Origin: a virus
Virus record (IMG/VR): IMGVR_UViG_3300044546_000330
Span: 11,341 to 75,340 of that record
DNA length: 64,000 nt
Reading direction: 5' to 3' (one strand)
Positions within the stretch are counted from its first letter, which is position 1. Each line of letters begins with the position of its first letter. The position numbers were made by a program, and so were the translations under genes. This document shows, one piece after another, positions 30,301 to 38,400 of the stretch. The notes below the pieces were generated by a model. That model saw only the letters and a program-made list of their open reading frames with translations. It had not been told where the DNA came from and did not search any database.

Positions 30301-33300
30301 ATAGCTTGTACTCTAGGTATGTTGCTAAAGACAGGAGTTGTAGTCTTATCTGAGTGGGCCATAGAGATCATGTGCATCAACTTGTGACCCTGGTTTGTAA
30401 ACATGTTTACTGCTACCAGTAGTTGTTCACGGTCAGACATGTTAGGACGTACTCTACCAAGTAAAGCATTGTCCATGTTCAGCCCTTCCAAGTAAGACAG
30501 GTTAAACTTATTGACATCTAGTTTGCCCATGTAATAAGTACCGCCCCACACACTTTCCTGTATAGATGTAAAGACTCCGTCTTTGTTAGTCTTAAAAGAA
30601 CTTACTATGTTAGACAAAGCGCTCGGGTACGAGTAGTCCCAGTTCTGTTTACCCTCTATAGTAGTGTGTACTGAGTTAAATAGCTTCTCACTATACCTTG
30701 ATGTAAAACTTGCAAGAACTCCCATAGTCTTTTCTTCTAAGTAGATAGGGTTATTTTCTTTTACTAAGTTCTCCAACTCTTCTGTTACACTCTCATCTAA
30801 CTCAGCCCCGTAAGTAACGCCGGCCGCTCTGTTAAAGAAGGCAGAGAATATACCGTTAGACTTACCGTTTGTAGTATTAGTAAACTGGCCAAGCCAGTCT
30901 GTACTCATTTCCTTATGAGCCATTGACGAAGTAATAAAGTCTACTCTTTGACCATTCTTGTAATAGTACCCAGCCATGTCATTAAGTACAGGCGTGGACA
31001 ACTGTATCCCGTGGGCAGCGAACATTCTTTTTAACAGAGCTTTTTGTGTAGCACGTTGTTGATCTCTTGGAACTCTTGCCTCGCTTGTTTCTTCTTTTAT
31101 AAGAGCGTCTACTAGATTAATCTGTGCTTCAGGGGATGTATTACCTATAAACAATCTTGCTGCAGGGTTAGAGATTGCTAAGTCGTTTAAGTACAAGTGT
31201 AGCTTTACTGTTAAGTCAAGTACTTCGTTAGGGTTTCTAAAGTCTACTCGTTGGAATAGTTGCATCATATTAATTACCCCAAGATGATGACGAGCTTGTT
31301 CTACGTCAAGTACCTTTTCCCCTGTCTCTCTAACCTTTATCATAGGAGAGACCATCTGTGCATCTGTCCAAGCTTTTACAATAGTTTGATTCTGTGAATA
31401 TCGTTGTGCGTTTATGACGCGAGTAGTAAGAAAGTCTTTTCCTCCGTCTGATCCTGAGTCTGCTCTTAGTACTAGGAATTTGTTATACTGCATACGCATA
31501 ACCTTAATAAACTCTTTTTGGTTTCGAACGCTAGTCTTTTCTAATCTGTCAGCAAACTCTTCTAAGTTGGCATCTCTTTGAGAACGTAGAATTGCCAACG
31601 CTTCTTCCATACGTAAGTTAGGGATGTCAGCTAAAAGGCCTTGTACATTTTCGTACATAGTGTCAAACTGAATAAGAGTAGGAATACCAAACTGAGTTTT
31701 AGCTGGCAATCGTTTCATCTTACTTCTTAAGGCTGCTTCAAGTTCTGGACCTGTGTACTCACTGTGGTACACTACCTTGTTGTTCATCTGCCTAGCCTGT
31801 GCAACTGTAAGTGTATCAGGATTGATGTGAGAAATGTCCATTGCGTCAGGCAAGATAGACATGTCTGCCAACTTGTTAACTCCTATGATGTCAAAGTGCT
31901 CACGTTCTCCTTGCCCTGCCATAAAGATTTTAAGACGTGCAGTAGCTGAGGATTTGCTATTCTTTTCAAAGGAACTATCTTGCCACCCTTTTACAACTTC
32001 AGTACGTGTATCCTCTACATTAAACTGAACGTCATCTAAGTTATCTGAGATGTAGTCCTGTATTTCTTTTTCGTAATCTGTACTCTCCTCAATATTGATT
32101 GTCATACCTTCATCTACTTTAACAAAGGTTGGATCTGTTTTCTTAAGGTTGAAGTAAGTCTTTAGTTTGCTTCGATCAGCAATGTCTATCTTGTACCCAA
32201 GTACTGCAAGGTTTTCTAGTACTGAATCAATGAAGGATAACTTGGGGTCAGTGCCATTAAAAGCAAACGAGTTTACAACGTCTTTCCACATATTACCCAT
32301 TTCAGTGTTCTCTAAAGCCATACGCTTAGATTCTTTGAGTAACTGTCCGAACAAGTGAGGTACAGAAATGTTACCGTTTGCCTGATTGTACATTAGATAG
32401 AACGTACTAGTAAGTGCGTTAATTAAACCAAGCTGAGCTTCTTTACCGTGCTTCTTGGCAAAGTAGTCTTCTACTTTACCGTTTTGATCAGTTATACAGA
32501 TTTCCATCTTAGCACTCATCTTTGCCATCTCAGTTTGATCCAGTCTCCAGGCAAGTCTTGAATTCTTAAACTCATTTATCTTATCTGTAAAGACCATCAA
32601 TAGTCTTTCTGTGTTGTTGTTCATCTCAAACAAGAAAGCCGGTGGTAGTTTTAAGTTAGGAGGAAAGTCATCTCCCATCTTAGTACGAAGATCATCTAGC
32701 ATTTGAGCGTACTCAGAAGGTTTGATACCTCTTGAGTCTGGCCAATTGTTTACTCGTGGGTTTTCCCAAGGCACAGTAAAGAGTTGATCAGGTTCGGCAA
32801 CTGCTGCAGCTACTATCTCTCTTTCTAAAAGTTCTCTTGCTTCCTTTATGTTTTCGTTGGTAAGGTTCTTTCTGCTTATAGGGTTAGGTGCCTCAGGCAT
32901 TCTGAGCATAGTTATGCCTGGAACTGCTGTGGATGTTTGAACGGGTTTACTTTCTGCAGTACTTTGTAGAGTATTCTGGTATATGTCTCTTATGGCTTGC
33001 ACAGATTCTGGCGTCATAGTACCGTTATCTTGCCTACTACCTATACCTGCAAAGTTCTTATGAAGTGTTGGTACACCTGTTTGTTCGAATGTAGTACCAT
33101 TCCACTTGTACCATTCATTTGTTTTAGTGTCAAAGACTACAACTTCTTTTCCGTTGGCTATCCCCATCTCAACAGCGTAACCAGTTCCACCATCTACAGT
33201 AGTACGTACAGCTTTAGAAGTATACCCTTTACTGTTTTTTTCCCCAGGTTGAATAAGTGGGGCTATAGCGACTACTTGTGTACTGTTTTTAACTTGATAC

Positions 33301-35477
33301 CAGTTTCGTCCAAGTAAGTTTGCAAACTTGTCGTTCCAAGGTCTACCAAGTACTTTAGCAGCTGCCTTAGCGTGTACTACTCCTTCAGCAAGTTGAGCAT
33401 CCGTAAGTTGTACGTTTCCACCGGGTGTTTTAGCATTGGCCCAGTAGTGGTTATGATTTGTAAAGCCAAACTCTCTCCCTATTGTGTCCCACATCATGTC
33501 AGCTCCAATGGCCCCGCCTGAATGGTTTGTAAACTGTGTAGGGTCTACCTTAATTCTTTCCGGAGTACTAATAGTAGGTATCTCAACAAGCTCTGTTAAG
33601 TACTCTATAAGGTCTTGCACAATCTTTAGTTGGTTTGCCTTTAAAGATGCTTGGTTAATACTTTTAAAGTTTTTTAGTTGTTCTTCTCTACTTTTTTTTA
33701 CCCAGTATTTATCATAGGTTACAGGCAGTTCCGCAGTATAGATACTGTCTATAACTTCTTCCAACTTAGCAACTCTTGTGCTGTCAGGGGACTGTGCACC
33801 AGCGTCTAGTGCAAGTGCTCCTTTACCGACAAACTCTTTAAATCCTTCTATATCTTGTTGAGTTCCTAGTATGTGCGTTTGCTCACTGTCTTTAACTGAG
33901 TAGATTTTCTCTCCACTCATTATTTCATTTACGTAGCCATCCCCGCCTTCAAAGCCTTCCTTTAAGTTTTTTATATTAAGTAGTACAGAGTGTAAGTATT
34001 TACCGTACTGAGTATTACCTGGTGTTTTAGAAAAGTCAAATACTCCTCCAGTTTCCTTGTTTAATCTATTATTATCAAAGTTATCAAACTGTATGTCACT
34101 TCTATGATAAACAATATCCTTTATTTGACTATCAGGAAATATAGTATCTAAGTATTGAGAATACTCTTCTTGTGTACCAATAGAAGCTAGTTCAGGATTA
34201 GACTCAAACAGTTCTGTTACTCCTGGTTTAAGCGGGGCTTTTAGTAAGTTACTTTTAACCCACTCATAAGTAGGCTCTTGCCCCAAAGTATCCACAGGTA
34301 TAGAATCTATTATTTCCTGGTAAGATTTGGAGGCTTCAGCATTCTCTTTAAAAGTTTCCAAAATTTCGGCAGCTACAAAGAAAGCTTGATTGTAAAGTGT
34401 AGGGTCTGATTTAGTTATATCTAAAGCAGCTAAAATACTGTCTATGATCTCTTCAAGTAAATTTGAGTACTTTACAGAATCCAAAGGAGGTAGAGTGCTG
34501 AGTAATTGTATGAACTCTGCATCTGTGTACAAGGCCACAAAAAACTCGTCTATGTTAAGCAGTGCATAGGCTTCAGGCAATACAGACTTGGCATGTTCAA
34601 ACAGTTTAGTAAAAGACTTGTTTGTTTCCGTATTACTTCTTAGTTGGTTATGAGATATGGCATGTAAGATTTCATGTATAATAGTAGGCTCGGAACCCCT
34701 CCCTCTGAAAGATGCACCTTCTTTTATTTCTATTCGATTCTCTAAAGGTATAAAGACTGCAGCAGGATTGTTTATTAAGGTTGAGGTTTCTATAGTTTGC
34801 ACAAGACTTACTCTCACATTGTTTAAAGCGACAAAAGGAATAAGCTTTTCTGCTACTTTAGAAAGTGGATGATTGCTTTCAACTATCTTTGTCAGTACGG
34901 ATACACTGTCTGTTTCGTCACCTTCGTTAAAGTACTTCGCTCTTAGGGCAGTGTCAAAAGTATTGTAACCTTCGTGGGCTTCGTTAAACAGCTTACCCGT
35001 TTCTTCGGCAAGTTCTATTTCATGTGCTTGTTCGTCCGGAGTTAACTCCTTCCACATCTTATCAAAGTTTGCTGCGTAGTTTAAGTCGAGGGTAGACTTA
35101 TCAGATAGTTTAGGTTTCTTTACATATACTACAAACCTGTTTTCTGCAAGTTGGAACGGCTTGTTTACAAAGTCTTTTCCGTGCTCTCTTACTTGTCTTT
35201 CATAGACTAATTGAGCTTCTGCCAAGTTATTACGTTCAAACTTTCCTCTAGTTCTTTCCCAAAGGTTTACAGCTCTTGTATAAGCTACTTTGTCGTCAGA
35301 TCCAAAAGTAGCTGCCAGTGCTCCGCCCGTAACAAAGTCTCCGTGCTTGGTAGCAAACTCATCAGAATAGATATGAGACATTACCCGGTCTCTTATTTCT
35401 TGACCATGATTTTCTAGTAATAAGTCAGCAAGTACAGACTTTTTTCCATTGTAAGACGTATAGCAGTTTGAACTCAT
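21336..35477 (-). CDS. giant virion-packaged two-barrel RNA polymerase / polyvalent protein (4713 aa)
   Basis: RIPNQGHNSM...QMGSDFDVDKL (DxDxD, aa 2411-2415), TDAQ, RIQQEVP; HEILH (aa 268) and HENLH (aa 3270) zincin motifs; ART-like and SLOG domains; hydrophobic C-terminal helices. Confidence 0.92.
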   Translation of the reverse strand: MSSNCYTSYNGKKSVLADLLLENHGQEIRDRVMSHIYSDEFATKHGDFVTGGALAATFGSDDKVAYTRAVNLWERTRGKFERNNLAEAQLVYERQVREHGKDFVNKPFQLAENRFVVYVKKPKLSDKSTLDLNYAANFDKMWKELTPDEQAHEIELAEETGKLFNEAHEGYNTFDTALRAKYFNEGDETDSVSVLTKIVESNHPLSKVAEKLIPFVALNNVRVSLVQTIETSTLINNPAAVFIPLENRIEIKEGASFRGRGSEPTIIHEILHAISHNQLRSNTETNKSFTKLFEHAKSVLPEAYALLNIDEFFVALYTDAEFIQLLSTLPPLDSVKYSNLLEEIIDSILAALDITKSDPTLYNQAFFVAAEILETFKENAEASKSYQEIIDSIPVDTLGQEPTYEWVKSNLLKAPLKPGVTELFESNPELASIGTQEEYSQYLDTIFPDSQIKDIVYHRSDIQFDNFDNNRLNKETGGVFDFSKTPGNTQYGKYLHSVLLNIKNLKEGFEGGDGYVNEIMSGEKIYSVKDSEQTHILGTQQDIEGFKEFVGKGALALDAGAQSPDSTRVAKLEEVIDSIYTAELPVTYDKYWVKKSREEQLKNFKSINQASLKANQLKIVQDLIEYLTELVEIPTISTPERIKVDPTQFTNHSGGAIGADMMWDTIGREFGFTNHNHYWANAKTPGGNVQLTDAQLAEGVVHAKAAAKVLGRPWNDKFANLLGRNWYQVKNSTQVVAIAPLIQPGEKNSKGYTSKAVRTTVDGGTGYAVEMGIANGKEVVVFDTKTNEWYKWNGTTFEQTGVPTLHKNFAGIGSRQDNGTMTPESVQAIRDIYQNTLQSTAESKPVQTSTAVPGITMLRMPEAPNPISRKNLTNENIKEARELLEREIVAAAVAEPDQLFTVPWENPRVNNWPDSRGIKPSEYAQMLDDLRTKMGDDFPPNLKLPPAFLFEMNNNTERLLMVFTDKINEFKNSRLAWRLDQTEMAKMSAKMEICITDQNGKVEDYFAKKHGKEAQLGLINALTSTFYLMYNQANGNISVPHLFGQLLKESKRMALENTEMGNMWKDVVNSFAFNGTDPKLSFIDSVLENLAVLGYKIDIADRSKLKTYFNLKKTDPTFVKVDEGMTINIEESTDYEKEIQDYISDNLDDVQFNVEDTRTEVVKGWQDSSFEKNSKSSATARLKIFMAGQGEREHFDIIGVNKLADMSILPDAMDISHINPDTLTVAQARQMNNKVVYHSEYTGPELEAALRSKMKRLPAKTQFGIPTLIQFDTMYENVQGLLADIPNLRMEEALAILRSQRDANLEEFADRLEKTSVRNQKEFIKVMRMQYNKFLVLRADSGSDGGKDFLTTRVINAQRYSQNQTIVKAWTDAQMVSPMIKVRETGEKVLDVEQARHHLGVINMMQLFQRVDFRNPNEVLDLTVKLHLYLNDLAISNPAARLFIGNTSPEAQINLVDALIKEETSEARVPRDQQRATQKALLKRMFAAHGIQLSTPVLNDMAGYYYKNGQRVDFITSSMAHKEMSTDWLGQFTNTTNGKSNGIFSAFFNRAAGVTYGAELDESVTEELENLVKENNPIYLEEKTMGVLASFTSRYSEKLFNSVHTTIEGKQNWDYSYPSALSNIVSSFKTNKDGVFTSIQESVWGGTYYMGKLDVNKFNLSYLEGLNMDNALLGRVRPNMSDREQLLVAVNMFTNQGHKLMHMISMAHSDKTTTPVFSNIPRVQAIGKDGNLTPEIVNAVYTLFEGEWLRIKRVQELKRNQGTAGSEAMDDGGERFILFPTLNKESLGKNSMFLFDEQGNVASSLDAGVQSFVKERIAEYLTQIGDEAVQYFKDNGIDHTLIDTKYQKKNYKDLKGKTKNEEILRRTAYEYALNSVLWNASSVVMFMGDPANAWKGNEEKTLAFYSKRLAKDIAPGQQLEFENPLYSHLTITDVTMTYGYAAKFGSNVQSSEATDAQELTTVREHLNVMYKAGKIEEKLYNELIEVLDKDGDFSDEQLQQMIEPMGAMKPVYAGARYENGLIFYDYLKTMSFPLFKEYTKDTELDKLRLLMEGKLPGHETTDGKELYQRCSFKSGSKLGNNPKLVKLFDEDNKFVSPDKDALVRSTRQLDRANFRIQQEVPYDESKTKIGVVTQMDKLIVEGILEMSNFTIDDSGKTYSGQEVRQRKEAIRIAMATRNLKDLYSKLGIKNATEQIEPKKVIELLVDAARAGEFPPNDIALLEGILSETETKIDSKGNPVEVQKDYMAYPLFFHSAVERFEKLLLAQVKKVTEFKMPGKSYVQASSIGMRRLASLSAADRKGIVTIGDYNLDEPLRHMSKDENGNVLPAQVIAPFNFHINGVKQKVSDYLIEGTNQLDMARVPKELLQLVGARIPNQGHNSMIPIEIVGFTPEWMGDLMIVPGAITGQMGSDFDVDKLYTYQRPYWHNPETNSFMEVTSGEKETTDTLQKDYFNIHWGILTHKDMYAKVFSKLDKTDLAKANKKFARGVTGAHTYFSAITQLKTFQSAKDAKSLVGATSLASTQEANLQKFATQGREIKLGNYYTDKEGMVHENPRPLELNGLRLSHLAGEAISRGEDSTDDMSTWYSKHDNITIDQSGAVDNANNRDLDNLNITLATYPAFVAMNMIHQVKEKEPNLGLSKNFQTALSVQEILNDYTREYRKGNDSLSEEYNANLQATIIEGLARDYTAKWKAASALEKKEKNSDEDLVKEIATTNVDERMLVAAFNTSLKEEAKDSLYYTRQLAVLKKFERLLEIGERIRQLQKTLNQDTNGAGPNLVYLLQQEENHEKLGHTTMGKIFIGEHYLTEPEHQLEQMYQMTIPIAKNLLASVFPVDAISSLMSQVAMQQGKVMSELPLKVQLEVLRNFRSFLISTSPAIAMNSTAERLRLLYNTETNKSLAVRVAEYMKENKTNSLINRISTDIAIVGKGPDFITVHNEKSIRATDNQVIEDFAALIQSSNEVERQLGEDLITYTMLLTPQASSTSLASKLPSGVLLGTDISVNLRLSYEMLQATGKVPAGFIDQLYQHMPKLAIKVDSAVFKDSWAQYEVTGRDYPEIIVFKYGQNANLQVVPGDGEQEYTKYISYRSKQEGRTILYRLREAGGTVTYQRVDTLGQDNHVEYDSKVHEINRSVFPENRAGYKFKEATFERQLDSEVEKRIREGSDPNNALSRWNLHIEGGEEIMNRGLELLSTDPLVPSYLRMLAQSLAESTVSAEELEGRQFLGVNTAQPFSYSPTSPIGSSGNFFLQTNTLNLKPTKDIKLAAETTVHENLHTRSVGFLRSMGWLNKDLWWSKYSKDNPNASKAESDKLFAEYQASAQAFIAKHPDLYRKAIELDKLRQQALAKLKAEMEIAQPGKFEEWSNLLKENKSSLPDDVNIRLMYSLSSMEEFVVQVLTQEDLMQFLNSIESTNKAENWIEKLLDAVTSFFAEVVKALEAKGVQYNSTSILKEAVALSYDLSSLQDHNERALERITTTLDDLFAPPAMLFFTEQEASHMKDIIGTTQSKDVSVEDKGTHLILTVGAEAKSIRTDYVDKVLENMYRTLQVMEGAIDRPARTDEDRQRQAEAKLQYHEVKDDYDQLKESNDLEKVIEIGNKQIQWVKNRLTKGNLHMSEVNVAWEVLDTWNSLSEIYKTGFDTTNEDFKLATSSIEGIARELTNRMVQQGMHTVIATGKEVTNIELTPADLGFNLKEIHILQDQLIYLERDANKLMQMYTTFTQYHVQTAEAEKRDLVSILKRFKELVPDEKAYAQFIQTNDANTVFGLVQELHPDWYQALASNRGYLRHRLSELQSMPTDTPDNVRRKRKLAERAFKKYWKESNKTGIAVPIDKILDLATGELRTDAEAQAVLADFYSKTVEESTKKVIEKAQKDYKKYLEIREIKFEELEAGVETDPAMAAFDPATLSAEDQINWANMTPDEQLVYMANHVKTRIENEKARQKISWESRNSPVSFLNTEPSTSQKEERVYAHNGRFKAWFAPKRLASNLDSKYEKIRANNNLSEAYDILTELSQKFRDYLPATLAESLHENFLPIVGIDQMAAASNFLSNFKTSAVGQKALEKLSVTKDQMDKVRGSKLKVKYAGAAPREETIDAAGNKVKGRVLTEEISHDLPRIFEMFGNMAIHYKNMYPVKEVGDVITRLVKEENNERLKDGKKGLTNLLSLMEYYQDMLVYQKPTEVQGVGTTPVYSANVRENKKLTRELAELVKRVPVLRSKILDEHANTGVNPYDNPNHPLVKELEMVENRVEEIRSKARYIAASKIADVTIGLQQLKSMSYNPLSAVSNFTYGYMAAMIHARGFRVGEDGFTKGNGDFAVEHLKLAFKMMKGNVSRSWLKAFGYEGGDVAKKCAAIIQRVGSIEALIDTAYGKTNLVEEKSNTAQFFHPFAAQKSGDFLTKGSCIIARTLNVPIKVLVDGEEKTIRLFDALNENGEWDAAKYGENKAWSSQDNRSEQTEWNKFTLRARMIQVIIFGAQDKFMPQHIKEDMFGRLLGQFKASWIPEGIKTRWGSDQGYSEVLERNVEGRYRTMLRMPGLGVPMLLQQAFSVMTGTNPLDSGQIWRTVDGERQLVDLQEHEKENMRRNLAGMAYTAFILASYYLLKAALPDDEEMKKRRRLGKDHTAIQRMTINMLYRTYQDLAIYSSPDVFDQLTGNPVPSWSVVRDALAVPKAWYKFSTDEGYHWDKAVLKTTKALPIVNNVNKLNQYATTDLSSAVR

Positions 35478-35483
35478 ATTGTG

Positions 35484-38400
35484 TTAGCACCGTTTAAATG
35501 GATTGAAACCTTCAGGCGGGTGTGTAACTTGAATACGTCTAAAGTAATCAAACATTTCCTGGGGTGTAATACCATTCCTTTCGGATTGTGGTGTAAAGTT
35601 ATACATCTCTGTTAAACTCTCCAAAGAAACTGCAGGAACCTTTTGAGTACCTACAGTTTTAGTACTAGTTTTAGGCATTTCGACAGACGGTGACATGCTC
35701 CCAACGTCTAATCCTAACCCTGCGCCAAACCCGCCCTCTACATCAACTGCTTCATCTTCTACAGTTGTTGGCGTGTTAGCTACTTCTCCATCAGGGATAA
35801 CAGTACTTGGTCGATTGTTTAACGCAAGTATAGGATCAGTGTCGTACTCTATTATAGGGTTGGCCCCGTAATAGAACTCTTTGTGAGTTTTACCGTTGGC
35901 GTCAGTAACATCTACTCCACCGTCTATGTAGTTAATTGGTACAATAGGACTTACAAGATGAGTACTTATAAAGTCGTTGTAAGAAGAGTGCTTAATAGCT
36001 CTCCACTTAGTTCCGTCGTATATGAACTCGTTTATTTCTGAAGGGTCGTTAAGCCCAATCATCTGTCTTACAGGGGAAGTAAATGCTACACCTCTATACC
36101 TGTTGTCGAATAACGTAGCTACTGCTTTTTTAGAATCTCTAGTTAGTTTACCCGTGGCATCTACAGCCATTGTCCAACTTTGAGTACCGGCGTCATCTGT
36201 GTAAGAGATTACTATGTTTTCACCTACAGAACGTAACTGCAGTCCTTCACCTACTTCAGTACTAAAGTAAGTGTAATACTGACTTACAAAGTTTCTTAAT
36301 CCGTCTTTAGTAAGTTTCCCGTTAGTGTCAGTTAGGAAGTTAAACCCTAATGCTTTAAGGGCTTTCATCTCTGCTTCATCATGCTGTAAGTAAAGTTCTA
36401 GTACTCTATTAAAAGTTTGAAAGGAAGTATCATCTGATTTACTTGATAGCTTGCTTCCTTTTAAAGGAACAAGAGTTCTAGCGCCGTTAGCCATTCTTAC
36501 TAAAGCCACTACTCTACCGTCTAGATTTTCTATACCCTCTTGGTCTATACTGTTTAGCATGCCTGGTAAATTCTCAACACCAATTAAACTTTTACCTCTT
36601 ACTAAGACCATAGGAACTTGTGAAACTTTTCTAGACCCTTGAACTACATTACTTTCCTTGAGTACTATAGAAGCTTTAATCCCGTTGTTAGGAGCGTAAA
36701 CGTACTTACCCGGTCCTTTAGTTTTAACTTTTGTTTTAGTTTCAGTCTCTCCTCTGTTGTGCGCTTTAGCTAATGCCATTCTATAGGAGAACATATCAGC
36801 GGATTGTTTTGCTACGTTGTTCTCTTCTTTGATATTACCTTCTGCGTCCCGTAGTACGTTTACAGTGTTGTACCAAGCATCTTCTAAAGGCTTGCCATCA
36901 GCGTCCACTGCTAAAGGATCTTTTCTTTCTATCCAGTTTACAGTGTGCAACCATTGCGGAGTTTCTCCATCTGCAGTGACTATCTTTATAGGCATATTAC
37001 CTATAGCTTCAGGGTTGTCAGTGTCAATAGTACCGTCAGGTCTTAGGTAAGACTTTACCTCTCCTTTACTTGTTAAGTAATGTCCGGCCGGTATATCCAC
37101 TTGCTGTATTGCAGAAGGTTTAAGACTGCCTGTTTTGGCATCAACTATCTGAGGAGTATACTGTACTGTGCCACTGTAGGTTAAGTCAATACTAATAGTT
37201 ACTGGAGTATTGGCAGTAAGTTGGTCATGTTGTACTACTTTCTTGCTAGCAGTCTCTTCCCAAAGAGAAGTACTTTCTCTTCGTACTTTGTTATCTGCCC
37301 ATCTTTTCTCAAAGAAAACTGTGGACCGCGATGCTCCAGAGGAAGCTGAGTTTACTTGCTTAAATCCTTCCACTCCACCTTTCTCATCCGGGTCTTCTAT
37401 AGTAGTAGCTGATAAGTCAGGTTCTAAAAAGTTGTCAGGGCTTTGCGCCATTATTGTAGCGGCAAAGTCTAGAGGTTCAGGTATATTCTGTATGGCCTCT
37501 TCGCCCTCTTCAATAGTTTCTGCTAGTTCTGTAAGAACCACACCTTGTGCTTCTAGCATAGCTTTTACAGCAGTCATTAGTTTAGCACTGTCATCTGAGG
37601 ACAAGTTTATGCCATCTCTGGTAAACGCTCCTAGTGAAAACTCTTTTGTAGTTCTTACTTCTTCCACAACAACTAGTATCTCAGCCTGCTTTGCTGGGTA
37701 CTTCTGTAGCTCAGCTATAAAGCCTTGTATAGCAATCTCTAGTTTAGACGGGCCAGTAGGTGTTACAGGTGGAGCTAATGGCGCCGGGGTATGAGGCATA
37801 GTAGTAGAGTTCTCAAGTCTGTATATGTACTCTGTGTACGTATTTATTTGCTTCGTTAAGAAGTCTGCCTCTGCTTTTAACTTGGCAACACTTTTCATCA
37901 AGTCTTGTACCTCTCCTACAGGGTCTGCACTGTTGAGCTTTATAACCCCTATCAACTGGCTCAGTTGGTTTAACTCGTCGTGTATTTTACCCAGTCTAGT
38001 AGCTAACTTTGTTGACTCAGCTGTAAACTTTCTTTGCAATCTTTCTCGTACAGTTTTATTGTACTTCTGTATCTGAGATTCATTATCCAGTACTTCTTTG
38101 ACGTTTCTATTAGCCGAGTCTCTTTGCTTCTTTAACTTCTCTCCTAACTTATCATAGAACTTTGTTGTGTTCTTCATGATAGTTGACAAGGTAGCAGACT
38201 TGGTAATAGTCTCGTGCACTCCTTTAAGTATGTCAAGTCTGTTCTCTTCGTCAGAGATATGTTCTACAAGCGCCTTTTGGTACAAAGAGTCTTGTTGCTT
38301 TTCCATCAGTTCTTTAAAGTAATCTTCAGTTTTACCCTCTGGATTCTTTTCCGACCAGGCAGCGAATTCCTCAGTTCCTAAGTTCTGCTTTTGAAGTTCT

